Positions 39,909 through 49,208 are shown, numbered from the stretch's first letter. The stretch is DNA of 64,000 nt from Kiritimatiellia bacterium (GCA_012103575.1 WLWN01000001.1:1676538-1740537), one strand, 5' to 3'. Numbers and translations: made by a program. Notes: generated by a model from the letters alone, not told the origin.

Positions 39909-41288
39909 TCACCTATTGGCGGGGAGTTCAACAAGTTGATATCCCAATTCTTTTGCCGTCTTTGCCATAGAAAAAAACCGTCTGGCCTTAAAACGTTCTT
40001 GGTAGACTTTTTCCCCCTCGTCTACATAATCTTGTCCGTAATGCAGCGTTCGATAAATGAGTATGGCCAGTTTACGTGCAAGAGCAAATACGGCCACGGC
40101 TCCACTCCTACGCCGAGCTACCCGACGATATTCAGCCCCCAAAGAGGAGTGTGATCGACTCAAAGAAACCACCGCCATTCGCAAGATTCCAGCCACCCGA
40201 TTTGAACCCGTACCACGAGGGGGCTTTTTCTTGAGAGCTTTTCCTCCAGAAATCCCCATCTTTGGACAAAGCCTCAACCAACTCACAAAATGTTTTTTCG
40301 AAGAAAAATCACTCAGATTAAATCCCACCTCGGTAAGTATGACTTGCGAAACTCCAGCGCTTATCCCGTCAATACGCGTTAAATCTACTCCGGAAAATTG
40401 CCACAATATTTTTTGGTCTTCCTGCTCTCCTCGGTTACGTATCGCTTTTCGTTTAGCGGCTTTAGGATGCTCAGGGGCCTCTTTATTTTTCCGTTCTTGC
40501 GGAGTCATCGCTAACAACTCCTTGTGCAGTTCTTGCTCGTAATCGGTAATCTGTGCTTGGAGTTGGTCATAGAGCTTTAGGGCCATTTTAAGGTTAAACA
40601 AATGCTCTGATTTCCACGTACCGGTGAGGTGCTCAGCTATTTCTTTTTCGTTTTTTCCGCAACGAGAATCTCGCAAACACGCAAGGACTTTGGGGTCACG
40701 TTGACCTTCAACAATCCCACGTACAATCGCTAAGCCTGTTTTCCCGGTAATATCTGTTAGGGCTCGATGAACTTGGACATTCATTTGATCCAAAGCCTTT
40801 TGCATCCAGTTGACGGTTTTGGAACGTTCCTTAACCAGATTGGCACATTGGCGAGTCAATGCGCGGCATCTACAAATGCCTTCACTCGGTCGAAAGGATC
40901 CATGTAATAGGCCACAGCTGTGTAGAAGCTGAATCCATTGACAGTCCTGTACATCGGTTTTACGACCCGGGACATGGCACAGTTCTCTGGCGTTGACCAA
41001 GATGGGCTCTATTCCAGAAGCCTCCAGCAGTTCGTACAAAGGGATCCAGTAAATCCCTGTACTTTCCATGGCCACCGACTTTACTCCTTGCTCTTGGAGC
41101 CAAGCGATCAGTCCGATTAATTGGGGTGTAGTGGATTGAAAAACACGCACGTTGGGTTCGCCGCTGATCAAGGCCGGACCACATACGTAATGCTCGCAAG
41201 CCCCCAAATCAATTCCAGCCACCTTCGGTTGGAGTATGGGTAAGCTTTGCACGGATCGTTTATTTACCTTTGTTTTTGATGCCGACAT
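39909..41288 (-). CDS. IS110-family transposase (459 aa, intact)
   Basis: N-terminal DEDD/RuvC-like domain (VAGIDLG…VAMESTGIYWIPL) and C-terminal …VAVFALARKLAILIYRTL. Element ends not defined (IS110 lacks inverted repeats); TTCTGTCCTG is present on both flanks. Confidence 0.9.
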   Translation of the reverse strand: MSASKTKVNKRSVQSLPILQPKVAGIDLGACEHYVCGPALISGEPNVRVFQSTTPQLIGLIAWLQEQGVKSVAMESTGIYWIPLYELLEASGIEPILVNARELCHVPGRKTDVQDCQWIQLLHSCGLLHGSFRPSEGICRCRALTRQCANLVKERSKTVNWMQKALDQMNVQVHRALTDITGKTGLAIVRGIVEGQRDPKVLACLRDSRCGKNEKEIAEHLTGTWKSEHLFNLKMALKLYDQLQAQITDYEQELHKELLAMTPQERKNKEAPEHPKAAKRKAIRNRGEQEDQKILWQFSGVDLTRIDGISAGVSQVILTEVGFNLSDFSSKKHFVSWLRLCPKMGISGGKALKKKPPRGTGSNRVAGILRMAVVSLSRSHSSLGAEYRRVARRRSGAVAVFALARKLAILIYRTLHYGQDYVDEGEKVYQERFKARRFFSMAKTAKELGYQLVELPANR

Positions 41289-41542
41289 GATATCCTCCGG
41301 GTTGTGGTTAGTTGTGGAGGCTACGGCCCGAGGTGGCTATACAATGGATTCTGTCCTGGGGGAGTCGCCTGGAGCGCTCGCCAATGAATGATGGCCAACT
41401 CAGACCCAAACTTCGTATGGGGCACAAGGCACCAATATCTTTAGGGGGGCTTAACTGCCGTAGCTTTCATGACATTTACACCTTACCGGACTCCAGTTTC
41501 AACCCTGAATGATCCAGCAAAGAGACCATGCTGGTGGCGAAA

Positions 41543-42037
41543 CTTCGGGGAGACTCTGTGCCAATAAGATTATTCTGTTATGCGCCATGGTGGCCTTCAA
41601 CCTATTGCGCGGTCTTGGCCAAGAGGTCATCAAACGGGCTGGGCTTGCCCCGCAGAAAATCAACATCCCGCGCTGGCGAATCAAAACGGTTCTCAAAAAT
41701 ATCGTTTATTGCGCGGTTCGATTGGTCCGCCACGCCGGACGAATTGAACTTCACTTTGGCAAGCGTTGTCGCTGGTTTGAAGTGATACAAGATATTGCCC
41801 ATTCCTTCGCATAGCCCTCCGTGCACCTTTAACAATACTCTAAGGCGACTGCCCAAGGAGGCCTACGCCCCAAAATGGCCAAATCAGAGTGAATCTGACC
41901 TGTACGCTCAAAAAATTCATCAGGGTGATACTTGCCGGTCCGAATCCGCCCAAAAGCGAGCATCTCAAGGAAAAAATTTTCAACTTTTGAGCCCCAAAAC
42001 GCCTTCCGAAGCGATAGCTGACGGATTCAGGATATTG
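41543..42037 (+). mobile_element. 3'-terminal ~495-bp fragment of the IS1380-family element (copy B), ending in the inverted repeat CTGACGGATTCAGG
   Basis: Collinear with 57238..57731. A degenerate CCTGAATGATCCAG at 41503 could be a relic left inverted repeat. Confidence 0.7.
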
Positions 42038-42119
42038 CTATTTTTCAAAAAGTCAATTTTTTGTTTCAAAAAAATCTGAGAATTGTAATATTAAATGCCC
42101 AAAAGAAGATATTGTAAAA

Positions 42120-43284
42120 CAGGAGTGTTCCATGCCGAAATCTTCTAGATTTAGAAACTCGACAGAAGACAAAAAAAGGAGAAAGACATGGAACAAATCA
42201 AGAGTAGTATTCATCCCCGAAAAGGCAAGCATTTGACACAGAAAGAACGGATCATGATTGAAACAATGCTCAAAAACCCAGGACGTCCTTTGGAGATAGC
42301 TAGCTATCTGGGAAGGCATCGTCGAACCATAGAGCGCGAAATTAGACGTGGAGAGGTAGAGCATTTCGATACAGAGCTGCGAAAGAAGAAAGCATACAGC
42401 AGTGATCGAGCCCAGGAACTTCATGATCTAAATGCGACGGCCAAGGGACCTGAGCTTAAGCTTGGAAAGCATCATGAAACGGCCGTGTTTATCAGCGAGC
42501 ACATTCTTGTTCACAAACGCTCACCCGATGTGGTTGCTCCTTTGCTTAAACAAGAGCAGAGACCTGCAGCGGTGAGTACAAAAACGCTGTATACCTATAT
42601 TGACCAAGGTCTCATCCCGGGGGTGAGCAACGAGTCCCTATGGGAAAAACGAAAAAGACGTGCTATTAAGCGGGTTAAAAAGCAACATGCCCGAAGGACC
42701 AGCATCGAAAAACGACCTAAGACCGTAGAAAAACGCGAGGAATCTGGGCACTGGGAATTGGATTTGATCGTCGGCGGAAAAGGAACTTCAAAACCGGTTT
42801 TAATGACGTTAGTAGAAAGAAAGACCCGAATGCTAAGGGTGAGAAAACTTTCGGATAAAACACAGGCATCGGTTCTGCAGGCCCTCAAAGCGATCGAAAG
42901 ATCGATGGGAGTTGGCCCATTCAGATCGATGTTCAAGTCGATTATAGCCGATAACGGGAGCGAGTTTCTCGACGTGGAGCAGATGGAACGTTCCGGATTT
43001 AGCAAAAAGAGACGTGTTAAACTCTATTATGCTCACCCGTATTCTTCCTGGGAACGAGGCTCCAACGAAAATGCCAACCGTATGGTTCGTCGTTTCGTCG
43101 CCAAAGGAGACAACATCAGAAAATATACCATCGACCGTATTGGTGAGATTGAAAAATGGATTAATAACTATCCTCGCAAGATCCTAGAATACAAACCCGC
43201 ACAGGAGTGTTTCGATTTGGAGATCGCCGCATGAACAGAAGCTCTCAGGTCCATTTTTTGCGGCATTTAATTTTACAATCCACC
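42120..43284 (+). mobile_element. IS30-family insertion sequence, type B, copy 2 (left end approximate)
   Basis: Right end …TTTTACAATCCACC at 43284, 5 nt before the recR ATG. Confidence 0.7.
42188..43234 (+). CDS. IS30-family DDE transposase (348 aa)
   Basis: ~98% identical to 13931..14992 and lacks the 15-bp repeat. Confidence 0.85.
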   Translation: MEQIKSSIHPRKGKHLTQKERIMIETMLKNPGRPLEIASYLGRHRRTIEREIRRGEVEHFDTELRKKKAYSSDRAQELHDLNATAKGPELKLGKHHETAVFISEHILVHKRSPDVVAPLLKQEQRPAAVSTKTLYTYIDQGLIPGVSNESLWEKRKRRAIKRVKKQHARRTSIEKRPKTVEKREESGHWELDLIVGGKGTSKPVLMTLVERKTRMLRVRKLSDKTQASVLQALKAIERSMGVGPFRSMFKSIIADNGSEFLDVEQMERSGFSKKRRVKLYYAHPYSSWERGSNENANRMVRRFVAKGDNIRKYTIDRIGEIEKWINNYPRKILEYKPAQECFDLEIAA

Positions 43285-43289
43285 AACTT

Positions 43290-43892
43290 ATGAATAATTT
43301 AAAACCCATTGAGAAGTTGATCTCCACATTAAGCCGTCTACCTACAATTGGACGTCGGTCCGCAGAGCGTATGGCTCTAAAGATTGCTCGCGATCAAGCT
43401 CCGCTCGTACAGGATTTGATCACGGCTTTGCGGGAAGTTTCCGATAAAATCTCAACCTGTTCTTTATGTGGAAGTTTGACGACAAAAGATTTAAATCCGT
43501 GTAAACTATGTACTGATGTCCGTCGCGATCATTTGCTTCTTTGTGTAGTAGAAGATTCGTCTGACATTATCATTATTGAGAGCGCAAGGGGGTATCGTGG
43601 ACGTTATCATGCATTAATGGGAAAAATTTCTCCCTTGCGTGGGGAAGGGATTCATAACTTGAGAATTCAAGAGCTCATTAAACGTATAAAAAAAGAGGGC
43701 ATAAAAGAAGTCATTTTAGCGCTGAATACCGATGTGGAAAGTGATGCTACCGCTAGTTTTCTTAGCGATATACTTTCTTCAGAGTCTGTAACTGTATCTC
43801 GAATTGCGTTTGGGCTCCCTGCGGGGAGTGGTATTGCATATTCGGATCCCGTTACTTTAACACGGGCCATACAGGGTCGACAAAAAGTGTAA
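43290..43892 (+). CDS. recR: Recombination protein RecR
   Basis: …LPTIGRRSAERMALKI…; Zn finger CSLCGSLTTKDLNPCKLC; Toprim …LLCVVEDSSDIIIIE. Confidence 0.9.
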   Translation: MNNLKPIEKLISTLSRLPTIGRRSAERMALKIARDQAPLVQDLITALREVSDKISTCSLCGSLTTKDLNPCKLCTDVRRDHLLLCVVEDSSDIIIIESARGYRGRYHALMGKISPLRGEGIHNLRIQELIKRIKKEGIKEVILALNTDVESDATASFLSDILSSESVTVSRIAFGLPAGSGIAYSDPVTLTRAIQGRQKV

Positions 43893-43904
43893 GGAGGAAG
43901 AGCC

Positions 43905-44438
43905 ATGAGAAAGATTATCGATTTTTTAATGCGTTTATTTGGGAGAAAACATGAATGGTTTAAAGGTCCTGGACAGGAAAAAGGGCGCGTTGAGCGATGG
44001 TTGAGGGTGCCTTGTGCCGAAGGCGCTAGAAATTTTAACTTTAGAAAAGATTTTATGGATTATGACCTTGTCCCAGCTGAAGGGTTCTCTAATGACTTCG
44101 GGCACTGGTTTAAAGAACCGTTTAATCATGTAAAAGTAGGCGGGTATACACAGTATTTAGGCCAGCAGAGCGGTGGTTACAGATTCCTCGTTCGATGTGC
44201 CTTAAATCCTTCTATAAATGGGGCGGATGAGACGACGGGCTTACACGAATGTGGGCATGTTCGCTTACTTCCAGATATTCAAGGCCATCCTCTACGGTTT
44301 AAAAAATGTTTTCCCATATGGCGTTTTTCAATTCGTCCTAGATCAGAAGAAGATGATGATCTCTATTTGCCAGAGGTGGCCAGTATGGTCTTCGATGAAA
44401 ATGGGGAAGTTCTTTATGAGGAGTCTAAAGAAATTTGA
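43905..44438 (+). CDS. Hypothetical protein (possible DUF1963/YwqG-like)
   Basis: Only weak motif resemblance (…VGGYTQYLGQQ…). Confidence 0.35.
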   Translation: MRKIIDFLMRLFGRKHEWFKGPGQEKGRVERWLRVPCAEGARNFNFRKDFMDYDLVPAEGFSNDFGHWFKEPFNHVKVGGYTQYLGQQSGGYRFLVRCALNPSINGADETTGLHECGHVRLLPDIQGHPLRFKKCFPIWRFSIRPRSEEDDDLYLPEVASMVFDENGEVLYEESKEI

Positions 44439-44473
44439 AAATTTGAAAGATAACAAGAGGGCTCTGTCTTTTT

Positions 44474-44646
44474 CCTGGATCCGTCAGTTAAACGTGGGAT
44501 TTCTGTGCGAATGGTTTGGAGGCAAAAGGTTGCAAAAAAACGCAGGCGCACCCGCTGGGTACGTCGAGGCTTTTTTGTAATTCCTTTTGGCCCAAATGGT
44601 TCGTGCAGAAAACCGCGTTTAACTGACGGATCCAGGTTTTTGTGTA
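44474..44646 (+). repeat. Palindromic 165-bp MITE, copy 1 (173 bp), with 5-bp target-site duplication TTTTT
   Basis: TTTTT|CCTGGATCCGTCAGTTAAACG…CGTTTAACTGACGGATCCAGG|TTTTT. The arms are imperfect reverse complements of each other. Confidence 0.85.
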
Positions 44647-45004
44647 CAAAAACTGAATCCGACCGTAGGGCTCGAAATAGAACCTACTCCAAACGCCCTC
44701 TGTCTGACTTTCATTGGCACAGAGGGCGAGAGGGTTCGTGGAGATTTTCTGTTGACCCCCTCCAACTTCTGAAATGAAACATGGCTTAAACATATTTCAT
44801 CCTTCTCTCAGATCAAGCGCCTTCGCCTAGGCGTAGGTTGTGTGATCCGCATAAATATTGGCAAGTTAGGAAGGTCCGGTTGAATTTGGTCTCTCGTAAT
44901 TATCGCACAAGTCCTTTAAAAGCGTGCGAAAACTGTGAACCGGTATGCCTTCATAAGCAGGCTTGAGATAGTTAATCAACTGGATCATCGTTTTCAATAA
45001 CTTA

Positions 45005-45945
45005 GAGCGCTTCACGATTGAGGTGTTGCGATGTAGCACGAAGAAAACCAGCCGATTACCTCGTCGGGAGAAACCTCTTCGAACGCTTGTGTGATCGCTT
45101 CAGATAGTTCCTGCTGACTGCGGGCTGCAAGGCTGCCCAACCGATTCTTTATCTTGCCCCACATTTTTTCAATGGGGTTGGAATCGGGGCTGTAGGGTGG
45201 AAGGAATCTTACATGGGCCCCACATGACTCAATGAGTTCAATGACCTTGGGATTGTGATGGACGCGAAGATTGTCCATGATGACGATATCTTCAGGTGAA
45301 AGAGTCGGGAGAAAAAGTTGTTCCGTCCAGGCGGACCGAAGAAATCAAGGTGGTGGTACACCAATGTCCATAAGGCGTTTTGGCAAAAAGCCTGTTCCCG
45401 CCCAACGCCCGGCCCCGCAGACGAGTCATATTCGTTTTCGCCCCGGATTCATCAATAAAGACAAGGCGACTTGGATCAAGTTTGGCCACCTCTTGGATCC
45501 ACTGCTTTCTCAAGAGATTTACATCCGCCCGGTCTTGCTCGCTGGCGTGAAGCGTTTCTTTTATACCGGGAAACCGATTCAACGCCCGCTGTACGGCCAT
45601 GATCGACCCCTTCACGCCGCTCATGTTCTTGAGTTTTTCAAGCGTTGCATCGGGATGTTTGCCCCCCAGTTGAGCCAACGCCTTGAGCTGCTTTCTGCTG
45701 TAGAGGGCCTGACGATGCCCACGCGGTCGAGGAGCGGTCTGTCCGGTTTCGTTGAAACGAGAGAGCCCACGCTGAAACGTTCTAAGATCTACACGATAAG
45801 AAGATGCGATATCGGCCTGGGAACCTTTGCCCATTTTGTAGGCATCTATCGCACGCCGCCGGATTTCTGCTGTTGCTATACTCATGTCATGAAGTATAGA
45901 TTTTCTAGCGAGGCATTTTCAATCGTTAAATGCTCTAGTACTCCT
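45005..45945 (-). mobile_element. IS630-family insertion sequence, copy 2 (TA-flanked). Transposase intact at the orfA/orfB junction but carries a ~60-bp internal deletion
   Basis: ORFs 45292..45885 and 45012..45278. Collinear with 28429..29414. Confidence 0.8.
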
Positions 45946-45947
45946 CC

Positions 45948-46231
45948 AAAATTAAATTGGCGAGTTAGGGTCAAATTAGACTGTTCCCAATGACGACAGG
46001 GGCCTTCCACCATCACAGCAACGCTGTGTAGGCATAGAGCCTGGGGTTTCAACCCCAGGAAGACTTGTGCCCTGTAGGGGCACTGTCTATTCTTCAGGGC
46101 GCAATCAGATGTGTTCCTGTTTCATTCCTGGGGTTGAAACCCCAGGCTCTATGCCTTTGTCCCTTTGGGACAATCCATAGGGTCAGTAAATCATTCACCC
46201 CCAATTCGCCAATTTAATTTTGGAGGAGTAC
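45948..46231. repeat. 284-bp TA-flanked MITE-like element with 26-29-bp perfect terminal inverted repeats and a nested pair of 29-bp perfect inverted repeats
   Basis: TA|GTACTCCTCCAAAATTAAATTGGCGAG…CTCGCCAATTTAATTTTGGAGGAGTAC|TA. Inner GGCATAGAGCCTGGGGTTTCAACCCCAGG / CCTGGGGTTGAAACCCCAGGCTCTATGCC. Confidence 0.7.
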
Positions 46232-46377
46232 TAGTGCACGATAAAGTTTACGGTTAAGTGATGAAGAATGAATATATTCGAGTGGGAGCAGATATTTTAA
46301 TCAAACAGGTTCTAAGGTGAGGGTCTTTGGTCAGAAGTCAGGACCACCGTTTTTCTTTCACGCAGCTTGCTGCATGA

Positions 46378-47136
46378 TTATTCGTCTTCAATAAATTTTT
46401 TAATCTGATCGATAACCTGGTAATGTGTAAGATCGAGTCCGATCGGAGTGATCGAAACAAGTCCATTTTCAATCGCTTCTATGTCTGTTCCTTTTTTATC
46501 GCCTAAAAGCTCCATTTCGCCGTCTAACCAGTAGTAGATATTACCCCGCGGATCTGTTCGTTTATGAAAGACCTCCTTGAAACGTGAATGCGCCATAGGC
46601 GTTACGGCATATCCTTGTATTTGATCTGTAGGTATATTAGGAATATTTACATTCAGTAATGTTTTTTCAGGTAGCTGGTATGGCAAAAACTTTTTGGCCA
46701 GTTGACGCGCAACATGACCTGCGGTATCCCAGTGCGGATCGGTAAATGTTTGCAGGGAAAAGGCCATGCTGGGAATTTTTAAAATAGCCGCTTCCGTAGC
46801 CGCCGATACGGTGCCAGAATAAATAATATTAATTCCTGTATTGGCCCCTAGATTAATCCCGCTGAAGACAACGTCTGGAGGTTGATTCAACAATGCGCAA
46901 CTGGCTAACTTAACGCAATCCGTAGGTGTCCCACCTACGGCATGACCAAAAAACGTGTCTTTGTCATAAACTTTACTGGTTTTTATGGGGTCAAATAGTG
47001 TAATCGAATGGCCGACCGCACTTTGTTCTTCATTTGGCGCAACAACATGGACGTGGCCTAAATCTTTTACCGCATCATATAAGACTCGAATGCCTGGGGC
47101 ATGTATACCGTCATCATTACAAACAAGAATATTCAT
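46378..47136 (-). CDS. surE: 5'/3'-nucleotidase SurE
   Basis: MNILVCNDDGIHAPGI…; conserved SurE length and DDG motif. Confidence 0.9.
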   Translation of the reverse strand: MNILVCNDDGIHAPGIRVLYDAVKDLGHVHVVAPNEEQSAVGHSITLFDPIKTSKVYDKDTFFGHAVGGTPTDCVKLASCALLNQPPDVVFSGINLGANTGINIIYSGTVSAATEAAILKIPSMAFSLQTFTDPHWDTAGHVARQLAKKFLPYQLPEKTLLNVNIPNIPTDQIQGYAVTPMAHSRFKEVFHKRTDPRGNIYYWLDGEMELLGDKKGTDIEAIENGLVSITPIGLDLTHYQVIDQIKKFIEDE

Positions 47137-47235
47137 GAGGAGATATAAGCAATTCTACATTAGAATGGCTAGTTATTTGTTTTGCAAGAGCCTGTTGCCT
47201 CATTAAAAAATGACACCGTAGCATATTAAAACTCG

Positions 47236-47440
47236 TTGACACTTATCACCAATACTTGTTGGACCCATTTCTGTCAAGAAATGGGTCGGGTGGATGCCTT
47301 TCTGTTCATTCTTTTACCTTCCAGGAGTTATCCACAGATCCGTCCCGGCGAGAATGGGCCCCATTCGCTCGTCGGAGGCGGGACGGATCTGTGGGTAACT
47401 CCGTGGTTGACTTTCACCTTTGCCTTTTTCGCCATGTTTT
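47236..47440. other. GC-rich highly structured non-coding segment (perfect 10-bp hairpin and a 16-bp-stem nested hairpin) between surE and the IS481-like element. Possible leader or small RNA
   Basis: GACCCATTTC-TGTCAA-GAAATGGGTC; CCACAGATCCGTCCCG[GCGAGAATGGG…CCCATTCGCTCG]CGGGACGGATCTGTGG. Only overlapping spurious ORFs here. TTGACA at 47236. Confidence 0.3.
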
Positions 47441-47454
47441 TGACTTCGCCTCAA

Positions 47455-48783
47455 AAAACGACCGCCCCAGATGCCCTGTATCCAACGATCTCTCAGAAGG
47501 CTTTGTCTTCTTTTATAAGAGAGCATTACCCCACGAAACTTCTGGAGATCCTTTCAAGTCAGGAGGGTGTTTTTTTAACCGTTCAATCTTTCGGAGATGC
47601 TCCTCGATCTGCTTTTTGAGCTTGTAGGGGTCCAAAACTTCATATTGACCTTCGAGGGCCTTGACTTGTTCAAGACCAAGCAGTTGGCTCTGAACCAGTC
47701 GCTCATAAGGGGTCTTGGCTTTGTCATATTTTTTGATATACCGGCTTTGGATCCGCTTTTTGGACTTCAGCTTCATCGATGGACAAAAAAAATTGTTATA
47801 CTTTTCCCAGACAACATAGAGGTGGTTGATGACATCAACCAGATCAGGGTGTTCGAGTCGATCATACCCCAAACGTTGACGAACATGGGTCCAGTTCTTT
47901 TGTTCTACATGGGCATTATCATTTTTATGGTAGCTCCGTGACCGCGTATAGCCTACCGGCTTTTGACGGTTGCTAAAATAACGAACCAGGTGCCAATTTA
48001 AGAACTCCGAACCGTTGTCGGTATCGAATCCCAAAAGAGAAAAAGGGAGTTTTTCCTCTACGTCTTGGGTTTGCTTTTGAATCCCTCCATATCCTTTGTT
48101 CCAAACGGCACGTTGGGCCGTTCAACCCGTTACAATATCGGTATAGGTAATCGACCAGATGAAGTTTCCGCTCATCGATCCCCCACAATGGGCGACGGTG
48201 TCAGCTTCCAAATAGCCCGGTTGTTGAATATCCTGGTTGTCGATCCGCACAGGGATTTGATTTTTCAGGGTAGATCCTGGCTTCGTTGCGCTGTTTCGAT
48301 AGCGTCTATACCGGCTCCTTTCTGAGGCTAATAATCGGTCAATAGTCGCTGGACTTATATCGAGCAATTTAGAACGAATGGGGGCCGATAAAGCGCTATA
48401 GTGTTTGCTATAATCTCTGAGCCAGATCGGTAAAGCTTGTTGCAAACGTTTGCCGAACAGGCGCCCTGTTTGGTGCCAGATCGTTTTCAAAGCGGCTAAA
48501 AATTCAGGGTTGGCATAATAGCTTTTTCGGCCACGCTGCTTGGCCGAACGACGGATTTTTCCGCCGAGCAGTTTAATGGCGTATTTACGCTCATAGCCAC
48601 AGACTTGGCATACTTCATCAATGAGGCGTGTTTTATATCGTTTGCTGGCCCGTTTATACCGGTGACCCATTCGATGTATATATTCTTTTCTCGATTCGTA
48701 ACTCATACTTTTCATGCCCCCCTTTTTGGGTGTCATCTTTTATGAGTCAACGAATCTTTACGGCTCCTAACCGTTTTTCGCTA
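47455..48783 (-). mobile_element. IS481-like (rve integrase-core) insertion sequence, ~1.33 kb, imperfect inverted repeats of the form TGTCATTTTTTGTGAGGC
   Basis: GCCTCAAAAAACGACC at 47458 versus GGTGTCATTTTTTGTGAGGC at 48762. Confidence 0.55.
47513..48736 (-). pseudogene. DDE (rve-type) transposase split by a frameshift
   Basis: ORFs 48122..48736 (HTH N-terminus, …GYLEADTVAHCG…) and 47513..48034 (…GFDTDNGSEF…). Confidence 0.7.
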
Positions 48784-48999
48784 CGGTGTCATTTTTTGTG
48801 AGGCAATTCGAGAGGCTCCAAATTTCAAATTTTGGTTTGCACCGCAAGATAATGATTGTTAGCGTATTTTTCTAGCTGTGCTAGACGGGGAGGTAGCGGT
48901 GCCCTGACTCCCGCGTAAGCGGGATGACCTGCAATCCGCTGTAGCAGGGTTTAATTCCTGAGTAAGATATCAACCTAGGATGATACATGCTATAGATAG

Positions 49000-49116
49000 G
49001 TGTTGATAGCTAGACCCTATGTGGCGAATACGGGTGAACCCCGTCAGGATCGGAAGATAGCAGCGGTAAGTCATGTTGTTCGGGTACCGTAGTGTGTTCT
49101 GGCTAGAGTCTTGAAA
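49000..49116 (+). ncRNA. ffs: Probable signal recognition particle RNA (4.5S-type). Ends approximate
   Basis: Domain-IV-like core CGUCAGGAUCGGAAGAUAGCAGCGG (AUC-GGAA-GAU tetraloop helix flanked by the conserved CAGG/AGCAGC asymmetric loop). Position immediately upstream of dnaX-ybaB, as in many bacteria. Confidence 0.45.
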
Positions 49117-49208
49117 TAGTGGTTGTACGCCGATCGTTGGTGTCGAACAAAGGTGCACAGCTTTTTTAACAAATATTCGATATTCGAATTTCAACAGAGA
49201 GGGTTCAT

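Noticed and set aside
39880-41542. Precise IS110 element boundaries from the TTCTGTCCTG motif on both flanks
   Set aside because: IS110-family elements lack inverted repeats, and a single 10-bp match is insufficient. Boundaries left approximate.
44474-44646. MITE ends contain GTTAAAC … GTTTAAC, superficially like integron attC R'/R'' cores, and a half-copy sits beside the intI remnant
   Set aside because: The order is inverted relative to attC (5'-GTTRRRY…RYYYAAC-3' instead of 5'-RYYYAAC…GTTRRRY-3'). Copies are dispersed with 5-bp duplications and have IS1380-type inverted repeats, so they are transposon-derived, not cassette recombination sites.
44505-44777. ORFs 44505..44777, 51299..51514 and 58501..58779 (similar Arg-rich peptides) as bona fide protein genes
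   Set aside because: They lie entirely inside MITE copies. Similarity reflects the repeat itself. Kept only as a note within the MITE finding.
47152-47170. Mini-palindrome CCATTCTACATTAGAATGG as a terminator of surE
   Set aside because: It lies upstream, not downstream, of surE (minus strand). More likely a third member of the tRNA-upstream palindrome family; treated within that finding.
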